NCBI GenBank assembly: GCA_965215015.1
Contig: OZ244042.1
Span: 1,088,001 to 1,152,000 of the forward strand
DNA from: Candidatus Poribacteria bacterium
Lineage (GTDB): Bacteria; Poribacteria; WGA-4E; PCPOR2b
Direction of reading: 5' to 3'
DNA: 64,000 bases
Within the stretch, counting starts at the first letter, position 1, and every line of letters begins with the position of its first letter. A program made the position numbers and the translations under genes. Below, piece by piece: positions 19,303 to 29,536 of this stretch. A model generated the notes under the pieces. It did not search any database. It was not told where the DNA came from and was given only the letters and a program-made list of their open reading frames with translations.

Positions 19303-20766
19303 TTACCTAGTGCCTCCTTTGATAACCTTCCAAGTTGTTCCAGTTCGACTATCTTGAAGCTCAACGTTGAGCTGCTTTAACTGGTCGCGAATTTTATCCG
19401 CCGTTTCCCAATCCTTACGTTGCCTAGCATCCTGACGCACCTCCAGAATGAGATTCATCAGTTGCTCAGTCAAGGCTGCATGTGCATCGCTAGCAACCTC
19501 CTCCTCGGCGTATATGCCAAGTACATTACCAACCTCAACCAAACTTTTGTACGCTTGACTTAGGATATTTCCTCTCCCATTCGAGGGCTGATCCCCGGTC
19601 GCTGCGAGAAATTGATTCACTTCGCCGACAAACTTAAAAATCGCCCCCAACGCCCCAGCGGTATTAAAATCCTCATCCATTGCAAACTCAAAGTCGTGGC
19701 GCATTGTATCAATAGATTGAAGTAAACATCCAGCTTCGACGTCGTTCAACGCACCAGAGGCATCCTCCTCTGCATCCTGATACGGTTTTAGAGCATCAAG
19801 GCAGTTACTCAACCGTCGAACAGCACTGCTCGATTCACTCAAGCTTGTTGAGTTATAATCTAACGGGTGCCGATACTGCGCGGAAATCAGAAAATGGCGA
19901 ATCGCTTCAGGTGCATATTGCTGCACGGCATCATGGACAAAAATAAAATTGCTTTCCGACTTGCCCATCCGGCGTCCATCAATTTGCAAAAATGCTACAT
20001 GCATCCAATACCGGGCAAAGGTGTTTCCAGTTGCTACCTCGCTTTGAGCAATCTCATTTTCATGGTGTGGAAATAGCAGGTCATGCCCACCGGCGTGAAT
20101 ATCAATCGTTTCACCGAGGTGCTTCATCGCCATGGCAGAACACTCGATATGCCAACCCGGTCTGCCCTTCCCCCAAGGGCTATCCCACCACGGCTCCCCC
20201 GCTTTCGATTTTTTCCAGAGATCGAAATCCCGCGCATCCTCTTTGCGTTCATCAACCTCAACACGAGCTCCGGCAAGTAAATCCTCCGGCTTGCGGTGAG
20301 ACAGCTTTCCATATTCTGCAAAGTGGTTGACACGATAATATACATCTCCATCAATCTCATAAGCTGCCTGTTTATCAATTAACGTCTGAATCAGGGTAAT
20401 TATCTCCGAGATGTGCTCGGTCGCCCTCGGATGAACGTCAGCCGCACGGATACCTAACTCGTTTGAGTCCTCAAAATAGGCATCCACATATTTCTGAGCT
20501 AATTGACAGGTATCAATCCCTTGCTCATTTGCACGATTGATAATCTTATCATCAATATCTGTCAGATTTTGAACCAGCCTGACGGTGTAACCCTTATATT
20601 CGAGGTAGCGACGCACAATGTCAGCAACCAAAAACGTGCGAGCGTTACCAATATGAAAGTAATCGTAGACAGTGGGGCCACAATTGTACATAAGGACTTT
20701 TCCCTCATGTAACGGCACAAATTCCTCCAACTGCCTTGTAAGGGAATTATAAATTTTTAATGCCAT
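19303..20766 (-). CDS. cysS: Cysteine--tRNA ligase
   Basis: CGPTVYD, HIGN, GRPGWHIECSAM, DIHAGG, FPHHENE, RMGKS (KMSKS-like). Confidence 0.97.
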   Translation of the reverse strand: MALKIYNSLTRQLEEFVPLHEGKVLMYNCGPTVYDYFHIGNARTFLVADIVRRYLEYKGYTVRLVQNLTDIDDKIINRANEQGIDTCQLAQKYVDAYFEDSNELGIRAADVHPRATEHISEIITLIQTLIDKQAAYEIDGDVYYRVNHFAEYGKLSHRKPEDLLAGARVEVDERKEDARDFDLWKKSKAGEPWWDSPWGKGRPGWHIECSAMAMKHLGETIDIHAGGHDLLFPHHENEIAQSEVATGNTFARYWMHVAFLQIDGRRMGKSESNFIFVHDAVQQYAPEAIRHFLISAQYRHPLDYNSTSLSESSSAVRRLSNCLDALKPYQDAEEDASGALNDVEAGCLLQSIDTMRHDFEFAMDEDFNTAGALGAIFKFVGEVNQFLAATGDQPSNGRGNILSQAYKSLVEVGNVLGIYAEEEVASDAHAALTEQLMNLILEVRQDARQRKDWETADKIRDQLKQLNVELQDSRTGTTWKVIKGGTR

Positions 20767-20810
20767 CAGTTTTCTTTCTCATCTAGGACTGGAATCTTGC
20801 TCATTAACAC

Positions 20811-21284
20811 CTACTTTAATTGGACGAGGCAAACAACAGCTTCAGCGCCAACCGCTTTGCCTTCGCCAATGAAACCGAGCCGTTCCGACGTTGTCGCTTT
20901 GACATTCACCCGATCGGTTGAAATATCTAGCGTCTCAGCAAGGCGTTGGCGCATGGCGGGGATATAAGGCGCAAGTCTTGGACGCTGTATAATCACCGTA
21001 CTGTCCACGTTCTGAATTGCGTAATCCGTAGAAATTAAGACCTTTACCCTACTGAGCAAGATTAGGCTATCAATTCCGGCATAAGCCGCATCCGTATCGG
21101 GAAAATGCTGACCGATGTCGCCCAAGCCCGCTGCTCCTAGCATCGCATCGCAAATGGCATGGGTCAATACATCTGCATCGGAGTGCCCAATCAAACCCAA
21201 TTCGTATGGGATTGTCACCCCACCGAGTATCAATTTACGATTTTCCCCCAAGCGGTGAACATCGTAACCAATTCCTACGCGCAT
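20811..21284 (-). CDS. ispF: 2-C-methyl-D-erythritol 2,4-cyclodiphosphate synthase
   Basis: [32 protein letters not shown]. Confidence 0.97.
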   Translation of the reverse strand: MRVGIGYDVHRLGENRKLILGGVTIPYELGLIGHSDADVLTHAICDAMLGAAGLGDIGQHFPDTDAAYAGIDSLILLSRVKVLISTDYAIQNVDSTVIIQRPRLAPYIPAMRQRLAETLDISTDRVNVKATTSERLGFIGEGKAVGAEAVVCLVQLK

Positions 21285-21317
21285 GGCATCTATGAATGTC
21301 TACTATTTTTGAATTTT

Positions 21318-22013
21318 TTATGCTTCACGCATCAGGACTTCAGCAACAATCAGGTCCTCCGGGGTCGTGATCTTCAGGTTGCCATAGCTTCCCACGACGC
21401 ACTTCACCTGGAGTCCAAGCTGCTCGACCAGCGCTGCGTCATCGGTCAATTGAATCTGTTTTCGCTGGGCGTGCTGGTGGGCTTCCAGCAGCAGATCCCG
21501 CCGAAATACCTGCGGTGTCTGTACCGCCCAGAATTGGCTCCGATCCGGTGTATCGACGACAAAGCCGTCCCTATCTGTGATTTTTATGGTATCCTTGATA
21601 GGGACCGCAACGACCGCCGTCCCCCAATCCGCTGCCGCTTCGAGACAGGTGAAAATCATTTCATCGGTCACAAAAGGACGGACTCCGTCATGGACGACGA
21701 CGAAATCCGTATCATCTGGAAGCATTTTCAATCCGTTGAACACAGAATCTTGGCGTGTTTCGCCGCCGGGGACGAGCGCAGCAACTTTTTGGAAGTCGTA
21801 CGGCTCAATCACAATAGACCGGCAAGCGTCGAAATCCGTTTCATCAACAATAACAAAGATTGTATCGACAACAGCACTTCGATCAAATACACCAATCGTG
21901 TGCGTGAGGATCGGTTTGCCAAGCAGTTCTAGGTACGGTTTCTTAGTATGATGACGTCCCATTCGGCTTCCGCGGCCAGCTGCGGGAATAAGAACGCACG
22001 TCCTCTGGTTCAT
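21318..22013 (-). CDS. ispD: 2-C-methyl-D-erythritol 4-phosphate cytidylyltransferase
   Basis: PAAGRGSRM, GGETRQDSV, VHDGVRP, QTPQ, TDDA, NLKITTPEDL. Start at 22013 or 22028. Confidence 0.96.
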   Translation of the reverse strand: MNQRTCVLIPAAGRGSRMGRHHTKKPYLELLGKPILTHTIGVFDRSAVVDTIFVIVDETDFDACRSIVIEPYDFQKVAALVPGGETRQDSVFNGLKMLPDDTDFVVVHDGVRPFVTDEMIFTCLEAAADWGTAVVAVPIKDTIKITDRDGFVVDTPDRSQFWAVQTPQVFRRDLLLEAHQHAQRKQIQLTDDAALVEQLGLQVKCVVGSYGNLKITTPEDLIVAEVLMREA

Positions 22014-22992
22014 CACTGTCCACTTCATCAGTCTTCGTACGCGTAAAAATCATCCGACCAGCGGTAGTCTGCAATGTTTGGGTGACAATCGCATCGATCG
22101 TCTGTCCAACATATTGCCTACCGTATTCGACAATGACCATTGTCCCGTCATCAAGATACCCAACCCCCTGGTTCGGTTCCTTCCCTTCGCGAAGAACGCG
22201 CACCTGAATAACCTCACCAGCAACGACGACCGGACGAACCGAATTCGCAAGTTCGTTGATGTTAAGCACCGTTACACCCTGAAGTTCAGCCACTTTATTC
22301 AAGTTGAAATCATTCGTAATGATTTTCGCCCCAATTTCCTGAGCAAGATGAATCAACTTGGCATCTACTTCTGCCACTTCGGGAAAATCTTCTTCAGTTA
22401 CCTCAACGTCGATGTCAGGATTGTTTTGCATCAAACGTAAAATCTCGAAGCCACGTCGTCCCTTGTTGCGACGAAGTAGATCGGAAGAATCCGCGATATG
22501 TTGCAATTCATTTAAGACAAACCGGGGAATTACAAACATACCATCAATAAATCCAGTTTGGCAAATATCCAAAATACGTCCATCGATAATAACGCTTGTA
22601 TCCAAGACCTTAACCGTTGGAGACTTGGATTGTAACCCGGGCGTTGTGAGGGAAAACAGTGCAAAGGCATCTCGCCTACGATAGACAATCATTGTCCCCA
22701 CATAAGCACATGAAAGAACGATACCTGCCGTCAATGCAGGACCAATCGTGCCAGCTGTTGCTCGAATAATATAAATAATAAGGCTAGCTACAATCAAACC
22801 AAACGTCAGTCCAGCGAAGCAGACGAAAAAATCTCGTAGCAGTAGGCGTGGAATTGATACCTCAATACCTACCAGAATGATAGTAACAAAAAAACCGATA
22901 ACACCTCCTGTGAAATCACTGATGATAAACCCTAACGCTGCACCAAACAACGTAAAAGCGATGCGGATAATCCAAATTTGCACCCGAGCCAC
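21943..22992 (-). CDS. Membrane PIN/TRAM-domain protein (YacL-like)
   Basis: N-terminal TM helices, LDTSVIIDGRI, RNKGRRG, TNDFNLNK, GYLDDGTM, QTTAGRMIF. Confidence 0.93.
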   Translation of the reverse strand: MARVQIWIIRIAFTLFGAALGFIISDFTGGVIGFFVTIILVGIEVSIPRLLLRDFFVCFAGLTFGLIVASLIIYIIRATAGTIGPALTAGIVLSCAYVGTMIVYRRRDAFALFSLTTPGLQSKSPTVKVLDTSVIIDGRILDICQTGFIDGMFVIPRFVLNELQHIADSSDLLRRNKGRRGFEILRLMQNNPDIDVEVTEEDFPEVAEVDAKLIHLAQEIGAKIITNDFNLNKVAELQGVTVLNINELANSVRPVVVAGEVIQVRVLREGKEPNQGVGYLDDGTMVIVEYGRQYVGQTIDAIVTQTLQTTAGRMIFTRTKTDEVDSDEPEDVRSYSRSWPRKPNGTSSY

Positions 22993-23011
22993 CCCCTTTC
23001 TTAATCAGGAC

Positions 23012-23290
23012 TTGACGTACTCCCAATCCTAAAATCTTGGGATTTCCTCCCGATTAGATCGAGACGGATTTGCATAGGCGCCATTGAAATCGAATACCTA
23101 TAGGGGACGCCATGACCCCAACTACGGGACTCAGCAGGAATCCCGGTACTTTGTCCAGATATTGATTGCACCGACACCGTTTTAGAATAGCAGCACCCAG
23201 ACTCACAAGCAAGCATATCCAATCCAGGCGTTGGTGCCGCTTTGATTTTTTTCGTAGTGTACACATTAGACGCCCAACGTATCTCAAGAC
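23012..23290 (-). mobile_element. Degenerate IS200/IS605-family right-end relic
   Basis: Minus strand ends ...GAAATCCCAAGATTTTAGGATTGGGAGTACGTCAA, a subterminal hairpin plus TCAA typical of these ends. The upstream sequence is decayed. Confidence 0.5.
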
Positions 23291-23433
23291 AAAAATGCTA
23301 AAGCAGAAACTATATCCTAAACTTAAAAGATAGGGATTCAGACCTAAAGGAATTTTTGTTAAAGAACAAAATAGGATTACCTGTCTTCTTATCTCGTTTT
23401 CCCGTCTTTTGTGGGCTCATCAGGCATATTTAT

Positions 23434-24792
23434 TTAAAGCAGTGTACCTAGCGCACCATAAAGATCTTTAACACCAATTAAGTCAATATCTTCCTTCAAT
23501 TCTAAGCCTTTACGGTTGGACTCGGGGAAAACCGCGCAATTAAAACCTAACTTTGCAGCTTCGAGTAACCGTTTCTCAATATGTGCAACGGCCCGAACCT
23601 CTCCACCCAGACCAACCTCACCAATGACAACTGTCCGTGGGTCGATAGCTATATCTCGGTGACTCGACGTTATCGCTATGGCAGCACCCAAATCAATGCC
23701 CGGCTCATCAACGCGCATCCCGCCTGCAATATTGACAAATATATCCGAATCGCCGATGTCAAGCCCAACCCGTTTCTGTAATACCGCCAGTAACAACGCG
23801 ATGCGTTGGCGGTCTACCCCCGCTGCCGTATTGCGGGGAAACCCAAAGTTTGCAGGAGAAACCAACGCTTGGAGCTCCAGCAGTAGCGGACGGGTGCCCT
23901 CAATGCTCGACACCACCACCGATCCGGAGGTATTCTCCTGTCGTTCATTGATAAAAAGTTCTGATGGATTCTTAACTTCGACAAGCCCTCGGCCCAACAT
24001 CTCAAAAATCCCGATTTCATTAGTTGAACCAAATCGATTTTTTACCGCACGCAGCACACGGTAGATGTGCTGCCGCTCCCCTTCAAAATAGAGAACGGTA
24101 TCAACCATGTGCTCTAAAACGCGGGGACCTGCCAGGGAGCCTTCTTTGGTCACATGCCCAACGAGGATAATCGGAATGTTTTTACTTTTCGCAATAACCA
24201 ATAGTTGCGCCGCGCTTTCACGAACCTGCGTTACACTACCGGGAGCAGATTGTAATCCGGGAAGATAGACCGCTTGAATCGAATCGATAACAACCATACG
24301 GGGGTTGAGTTGCGTAATATGCGATTCAATCTGCTCCAAGTTATTTTCACACAGAACGTATAATAAATCAGAGGTGATGCCGAGCCGATTTGCGCGCAGC
24401 TTTGTTTGGGCAACAGACTCCTCACCCGACACATACAACACTCCTCCATAAATGCGGCTCAACGCATCGCTCACCTGTAACAGTATCGTCGATTTACCAA
24501 TTCCCGGATCGCCCCCAATCAATACGACGGACCCCGGCACAATCCCACCACCCAGGACCCGATCAAATTCGCCAATTCCTGTGAGCTGCCGGTCCGACTC
24601 ACTCGCACTGATTCGCGTAATAGGCGCGGGATCGCTTGCGGGCTGTCCGGCGAGCCGTGGGTGCGTAGAAACCGCTGCCTGGATCTCTTCAGCGAAAGTA
24701 TTCCATTTGTCACATTCCGGACAGCGACCAAGCCATCTGATAGAGGAGTGACCACATTCCTGACAAACGAACTGCCGGCTCTCTTTTGCCAT
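23434..24792 (-). CDS. radA: DNA repair protein RadA/Sms
   Basis: CQECG...CPEC zinc finger, GGDPGIGKST, IDSIQ, KNRFG, Lon-like C-terminus. Confidence 0.97.
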   Translation of the reverse strand: MAKESRQFVCQECGHSSIRWLGRCPECDKWNTFAEEIQAAVSTHPRLAGQPASDPAPITRISASESDRQLTGIGEFDRVLGGGIVPGSVVLIGGDPGIGKSTILLQVSDALSRIYGGVLYVSGEESVAQTKLRANRLGITSDLLYVLCENNLEQIESHITQLNPRMVVIDSIQAVYLPGLQSAPGSVTQVRESAAQLLVIAKSKNIPIILVGHVTKEGSLAGPRVLEHMVDTVLYFEGERQHIYRVLRAVKNRFGSTNEIGIFEMLGRGLVEVKNPSELFINERQENTSGSVVVSSIEGTRPLLLELQALVSPANFGFPRNTAAGVDRQRIALLLAVLQKRVGLDIGDSDIFVNIAGGMRVDEPGIDLGAAIAITSSHRDIAIDPRTVVIGEVGLGGEVRAVAHIEKRLLEAAKLGFNCAVFPESNRKGLELKEDIDLIGVKDLYGALGTLL

Positions 24793-24817
24793 TTTAAGTC
24801 CCAACGTCTAAGCCAGT

Positions 24818-26383
24818 TTACCAATTCTTCGACGTGAATCGAAGGCCCGCTGTATAGCGGATATCACCCGATGTCAAATCTTCCGCACCGATGATTATTT
24901 GTCCGTAGGGCAAAAACCGCCATGCCACCTCCGTGCCGAGTTCCGGGTTCTTGCTAGTCAAATGCGTTCCCTCAAAGGTAATACCAAGTTTCCGAGAGAG
25001 CAGCCATATATCGAGTCCCAAGCCAACTTTTGACCACATGAACCCAACACGACCACGCAGATTGTTTGTGAAATCATAACCGTACTGGAAGTCCAGCTTT
25101 ATCTCTTCCGCACGCGTCCCCAAACCGAATCGGTATCGCTGGTTGCCCGAAGTAAAGAGCAGAACGCTTAACTCGTTGTGCAGGCTCTCCTCAAGGCTTA
25201 AATAACGGAGCTCGTAATCCCAACCGAACTCAGGTATTTTGAATTTCTCCGAGCCCTGATCTAACGTCCGAGATAGGTCCTGAAACGCAAGCATTGTGTC
25301 GTCTACTGTTTTTACTGTACCCCGCACTTCATTGAGGACATCTGGTTTATTCAACAACTGAGCGATGCTGCCATCCCCATGCTGCGCCGTATGAAGCAAC
25401 TGAGTCAAATTATCGCTCAGGCCCTCTAACTCTTGAGTGGCATTCGTGAGGTTTTCGAGCAACTTATTGACTTTCGGCTTTTCAGTCGCAATCACCTCTT
25501 GGCTTTGTGCAATCAGATCCAAAAGTCCGGCGGTCAACTTATCAAGATCTTGATCTAACTGTTCGGACATCTCACGAAAGGTTGTGGCACCCATCTGTAA
25601 ATCGGAGATTAGCTGTTCCACAGGGAACGAATTACGATTTACTAGCTCAAGGACAATTCGATTAATATCACCAATCTGGCTACTGATTAGCAAAGCATCA
25701 CTTTCTAATCTATTCATCAGACGATCGAATCGTTTATAGGTTTGTGCCAAGCGAAAATCGTTCTCTTGTGCGATACGATTCAGGTTTTTTACGGCTTCAT
25801 CCGTACTTCCAACTATCTCCGTTAAAGCGCGGCTGGTCTGCTCAATGAGTGCCCGCATCTCCACAATACCCGCGCTAATGTTCGTTTGATTAGATTGTAT
25901 CAACTGATTTGCGGATTCGATAAATTGTTTGCCTTGGCGAAGGGTTTGCTCCGCCTGTGCAGCGAAATCCGAAATGTCAAGTGGATCTTGCCCCGTCAGT
26001 GGAAGATCCGTCGGTTTCAAGTTCAGATTTCCAACGGGCCCATTGGTCAAATGAATATACGCTTCGCCAACAAAACCGATGACACCAACTTTTACTTGAC
26101 AACCTTGACGAAGCCTTTGAAAAGCGTCCTTGACGCGCATCTGAACCTCAACACGGGTTCCACTCTTATTGAGATCAACGCTAGTGACTTTGCCGACCTG
26201 CACACCGGCGAGTTGAACCTTAGCACCAACGCGGAGATCACCCGCATTATTAAAGTTGACCCGCAACAACTCACCACTCACGCTCCAGGGGGAATTGGCG
26301 GCATTCACTATTAGAACCACAAGGACAATAATACCAACGAGGACAACAAGCCCTACCTTGAGCTGCACACTCCACGACCCCAT
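24818..26383 (-). CDS. mlaD: Long MlaD/MCE protein (TM anchor, MCE domain, helical region, putative C-terminal beta-barrel)
   Basis: N-terminal TM; GDLRVGAKVQLAGVQVGKV and GFVGEAYI; ~250 aa heptad-rich region; last ~135 aa with an amphipathic beta pattern. Confidence 0.88.
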   Translation of the reverse strand: MGSWSVQLKVGLVVLVGIIVLVVLIVNAANSPWSVSGELLRVNFNNAGDLRVGAKVQLAGVQVGKVTSVDLNKSGTRVEVQMRVKDAFQRLRQGCQVKVGVIGFVGEAYIHLTNGPVGNLNLKPTDLPLTGQDPLDISDFAAQAEQTLRQGKQFIESANQLIQSNQTNISAGIVEMRALIEQTSRALTEIVGSTDEAVKNLNRIAQENDFRLAQTYKRFDRLMNRLESDALLISSQIGDINRIVLELVNRNSFPVEQLISDLQMGATTFREMSEQLDQDLDKLTAGLLDLIAQSQEVIATEKPKVNKLLENLTNATQELEGLSDNLTQLLHTAQHGDGSIAQLLNKPDVLNEVRGTVKTVDDTMLAFQDLSRTLDQGSEKFKIPEFGWDYELRYLSLEESLHNELSVLLFTSGNQRYRFGLGTRAEEIKLDFQYGYDFTNNLRGRVGFMWSKVGLGLDIWLLSRKLGITFEGTHLTSKNPELGTEVAWRFLPYGQIIIGAEDLTSGDIRYTAGLRFTSKNW

Positions 26384-26404
26384 CGATTACCTCTCCTGCA
26401 ATTG

Positions 26405-27142
26405 TCAATCCTGATGATGGTTTTCATTAGCAATAAATTGCTGTAGAACCGGGTTATCAATCTTCCAAATTTCATCTGGGGTTCCGTGAGCAATCACCTG
26501 ACCGTGGTGTATCATTGCCATCCTGGTCCCGACTGAAAACGCGCTATCCATATCGTGCGTCACAACAACGGAAGTTACGTGCAGTTTCTGATGTAAGTCG
26601 CGTATCAGTCGGTTGATTTCTACCGCTGTAATCGGATCTAATCCTGTCGTCGGTTCATCATACAATATCACTTCTGGGTTGCAAGCAATAGCACGGGCAA
26701 GCCCCACTCGCTTTCGCATGCCGCCACTGAGCTCTGCCGGTCTCAGGTTCTGGGTATTATCTAGGTCGACCAAATGTAGCTTTTCGGCGACAATTTCGTC
26801 AATTTCACGCTTACTCAGTTTCATATGCTGGGAGACCATAAAACCGACATTTTCCCCAACAGTCATGGAGTCAAAAAGGGCCGCCGATTGGAAAAGCATA
26901 CCCAGTTTTCGTCGGGTACGATTCAAGGCTTTTCGTGTGAGCATCGTGATATCTTCACCATCAATCCAAATTTGCCCTTGGTCCGGCTTCATTAACCCGG
27001 TAATCAGTTTAAGCAGAACACTTTTCCCACAGCCGCTGCGTCCCATAATGACCAATGTCTCGCCGCGAGGGATGTACAACTCAACCCCGGTAAGGACCTC
27101 TTTATTTTCAAAGTTTTTCCAAAGATTCTCAATCCAAATCAT
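26405..27142 (-). CDS. mlaF: MlaF/Mkl-type ABC ATPase
   Basis: GRSGCGKS, LFQSAALFDS, LSGGMRKRVGLARA, YDEPTTGLDP. Confidence 0.93.
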   Translation of the reverse strand: MIWIENLWKNFENKEVLTGVELYIPRGETLVIMGRSGCGKSVLLKLITGLMKPDQGQIWIDGEDITMLTRKALNRTRRKLGMLFQSAALFDSMTVGENVGFMVSQHMKLSKREIDEIVAEKLHLVDLDNTQNLRPAELSGGMRKRVGLARAIACNPEVILYDEPTTGLDPITAVEINRLIRDLHQKLHVTSVVVTHDMDSAFSVGTRMAMIHHGQVIAHGTPDEIWKIDNPVLQQFIANENHHQD

Positions 27143-27222
27143 TTAACTTACGACAGAGGGACAGCACAGTTAGAGAACGAGTATAATCCAGACAACCCTT
27201 ATCCCTCATTCCGTTCCTCCGG

Positions 27223-28083
27223 CTATTCCAACCCCCAAATTGTATAAAGCAAATGGTTCAAAAAAGCGTCCAACGCTAAGATGGCAATCAGTGAAGTGAC
27301 CGCCGAGCCTGTTGTAGATTTACCAACCCCTTCCGCGCCGTCCGCTGAAGATATTGTAAACCCTTTGTAACAACCAATTGAAGCAATCGCCATTCCAAAT
27401 GCTGACGCCTTAACAAGACTAATAATAATACCGTTAATAAACAAATTGGCTTGGGCTAGTTTGAGAAAAAAAAGACCGTTCATATCAAATAGGGTAACGG
27501 CTGCAAGATAACCACCAGCAACTCCAAAAACAATCGCAAAAAGGGTTAGGATCGGTAGCATAATTGCACAGGCAAGAAAACGGGGAACAACGAGGTACTT
27601 GACGGGGTTAGTTGCCATAACCTCAAGGGCATCTATTTGTTCGGTTACTTTCATGGTACCAAGTTCCGCCGTAATTGACGCGCCGATCCGCCCCGCAAGT
27701 ACAAACGCAGTGACCATCGGTCCAAGCTCTTTGACGACAGACACACTGACAAACCTGCCCAGCGTGCCTTCTGCTGAAATCTGTTTGAGCTGATGGTATC
27801 CCTGCGTTGCCAATACCATGCCGGTAAAAAGTCCGGAGACTAGTACAACCGATATCGAATTGACACCAATCAAAGACAACTGATGAACCAGCAGTTTAAG
27901 TTGAAATGGCCGCCTAAAGGCTAACGTCCAGGTCTCCCAAACCAGAAGGGTTGCACTCCCAAGCCCAGATATCCAGTTCAAGGCTCGGCAGCCCACAACA
28001 TCAACAAACCGGACTAACAGGTTACGCGAATCGTATAGCGTCTGACAGCGGATAGGCAGTCGGTTATTCATAGGCAATCTCAC
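27223..28083 (-). CDS. mlaE: MlaE-family permease
   Basis: ELGPMVTA, AGRIGASITAELGTMKVTEQIDAL, GAEGVG. Confidence 0.94.
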   Translation of the reverse strand: MRLPMNNRLPIRCQTLYDSRNLLVRFVDVVGCRALNWISGLGSATLLVWETWTLAFRRPFQLKLLVHQLSLIGVNSISVVLVSGLFTGMVLATQGYHQLKQISAEGTLGRFVSVSVVKELGPMVTAFVLAGRIGASITAELGTMKVTEQIDALEVMATNPVKYLVVPRFLACAIMLPILTLFAIVFGVAGGYLAAVTLFDMNGLFFLKLAQANLFINGIIISLVKASAFGMAIASIGCYKGFTISSADGAEGVGKSTTGSAVTSLIAILALDAFLNHLLYTIWGLE

Positions 28084-28148
28084 ACCGGATAACGGTTACA
28101 AGGAAAATTTAATGGTTCCTAAACATGAGGGGTCCAGTTACTCTGCTT

Positions 28149-29483
28149 CTACTGGTAGGCCATGTTGGCAAATCGCATCTGCGTTTTATTGAATTCCAAT
28201 CGAACTGTCCCTGTTGGCCCATTACGCTGCTTTTTGATAATTAGATCGGCAGTTCCTTGGTCATCTGCATTTTCATCGTAATAGTCTTCTCTATATAAAA
28301 AAGCAACTAAATCAGCATCCTGCTCAATCGCTCCCGATTCTCGTAAATCCGATAGCAGCGGACGTTTATCCGGGCGCTTCTCAACCTCACGACTCAGCTG
28401 AGAACAGGCGATAATCGGCGTATCCAGCTCCCAAGCAAGAGTTTTGAGTGCACGTGAAATATCGGAAATCTCTTCTACCCGTCCGGAATATCTACCCGAA
28501 CCACTCAGCAGCTGCAGGTAGTCAATAATCATTACCGCAAGGTCCTCGTGTTCACCTTTCAAACGGCGAGCTTCTGCACGCACAGTCTGTACGCTAATCC
28601 CTCTCATATCATTGATAAAAATCGGTACGGACATTAAGCTGCTAACCGCCTGTGTCAACCCTGTCCAATCCTCACCCGTCAAGTTTCCGATACGAAGGTT
28701 ACCAAAGTTAATCCGGGCTTCAGCAGCCAGCATCCGCAATAGTACCTGCTGCGTCGGCATCTCAAGGCTGAATATCGCGACCGGCAGCTCCTGTTCAATC
28801 GCGATATTTTGAGCCATATTCAGCACTAAGGTACTCTTACCCATGCTAGGACGTGCTGCAATAATAATCAAATCACCACGTTGCAACCCCGAGGTCATTA
28901 AATCGAAATCGGTAAAGCCCGTCGGTATGCCGACAAATTGATCTTGTTTATGGAATAGCTCTTCGATCCCTGCCAAGGTCTCCTTGACAATCGAACCAAC
29001 CGATACAAAGCCTTGGTCATTATCCGATTGACCGAGACGAAAGATGCCCTCCTGAGCCTGATCCAGAACCTCCCGGAGTTCCTGTTCCTGATCCCGCGCC
29101 AGATTGCTTATCTGCTCCCCTGCCTGCACCAATTGCCGGCGTGTCGATTTCTCCCGAACAATCTGGGCATAGAACTCGGTACTGTCCGTTTCAACGATTC
29201 GGGCTTGTAGATCATAGAGATACAAATCCCCGCCCGCTCGATTGAGATTGTTTGTTTTTTCGAGCTCATCCGACACAAGGAGCGCATCTACCCTGTTATG
29301 ACGCTCATAAACAGCAAGAACTGCTGTATAAATGAGCTGGTGATCTGCGGTAAAAAAAACTTCCGAAGTATGACCGAGGATAGCGATCACACGGGGAATC
29401 GCTGCGCTATCCACCATCATTGCTCCAAGCACAGCTTGCTCCGATTCCCTGTCGTGTAGAGGTTCGGTAGTTTTGGTATTCAT
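28149..29483 (-). CDS. dnaB: Replicative DNA helicase
   Basis: EQAVLG, PTGF, AARPSMGKS, FSLEM, IDYLQL, SQLSR, DLRESGAIEQDAD, KQRNGPTG. Confidence 0.97.
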   Translation of the reverse strand: MNTKTTEPLHDRESEQAVLGAMMVDSAAIPRVIAILGHTSEVFFTADHQLIYTAVLAVYERHNRVDALLVSDELEKTNNLNRAGGDLYLYDLQARIVETDSTEFYAQIVREKSTRRQLVQAGEQISNLARDQEQELREVLDQAQEGIFRLGQSDNDQGFVSVGSIVKETLAGIEELFHKQDQFVGIPTGFTDFDLMTSGLQRGDLIIIAARPSMGKSTLVLNMAQNIAIEQELPVAIFSLEMPTQQVLLRMLAAEARINFGNLRIGNLTGEDWTGLTQAVSSLMSVPIFINDMRGISVQTVRAEARRLKGEHEDLAVMIIDYLQLLSGSGRYSGRVEEISDISRALKTLAWELDTPIIACSQLSREVEKRPDKRPLLSDLRESGAIEQDADLVAFLYREDYYDENADDQGTADLIIKKQRNGPTGTVRLEFNKTQMRFANMAYQ

Positions 29484-29536
29484 CGCTCAAACCCGGACGT
29501 TATCGAACATTCTTTAAGACTTATAGAATATCATGA

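Noticed and set aside
21159-21932. 257-aa plus-strand ORF
   Set aside because: Antisense shadow of ispD/ispF with no motifs. The same applies to most nested ORFs in the track.
28149-29483. Intein in dnaB (also considered for gyrA/gyrB)
   Set aside because: Lengths are normal. The GyrB extra segment is the known TOPRIM insertion and lacks intein terminal motifs.
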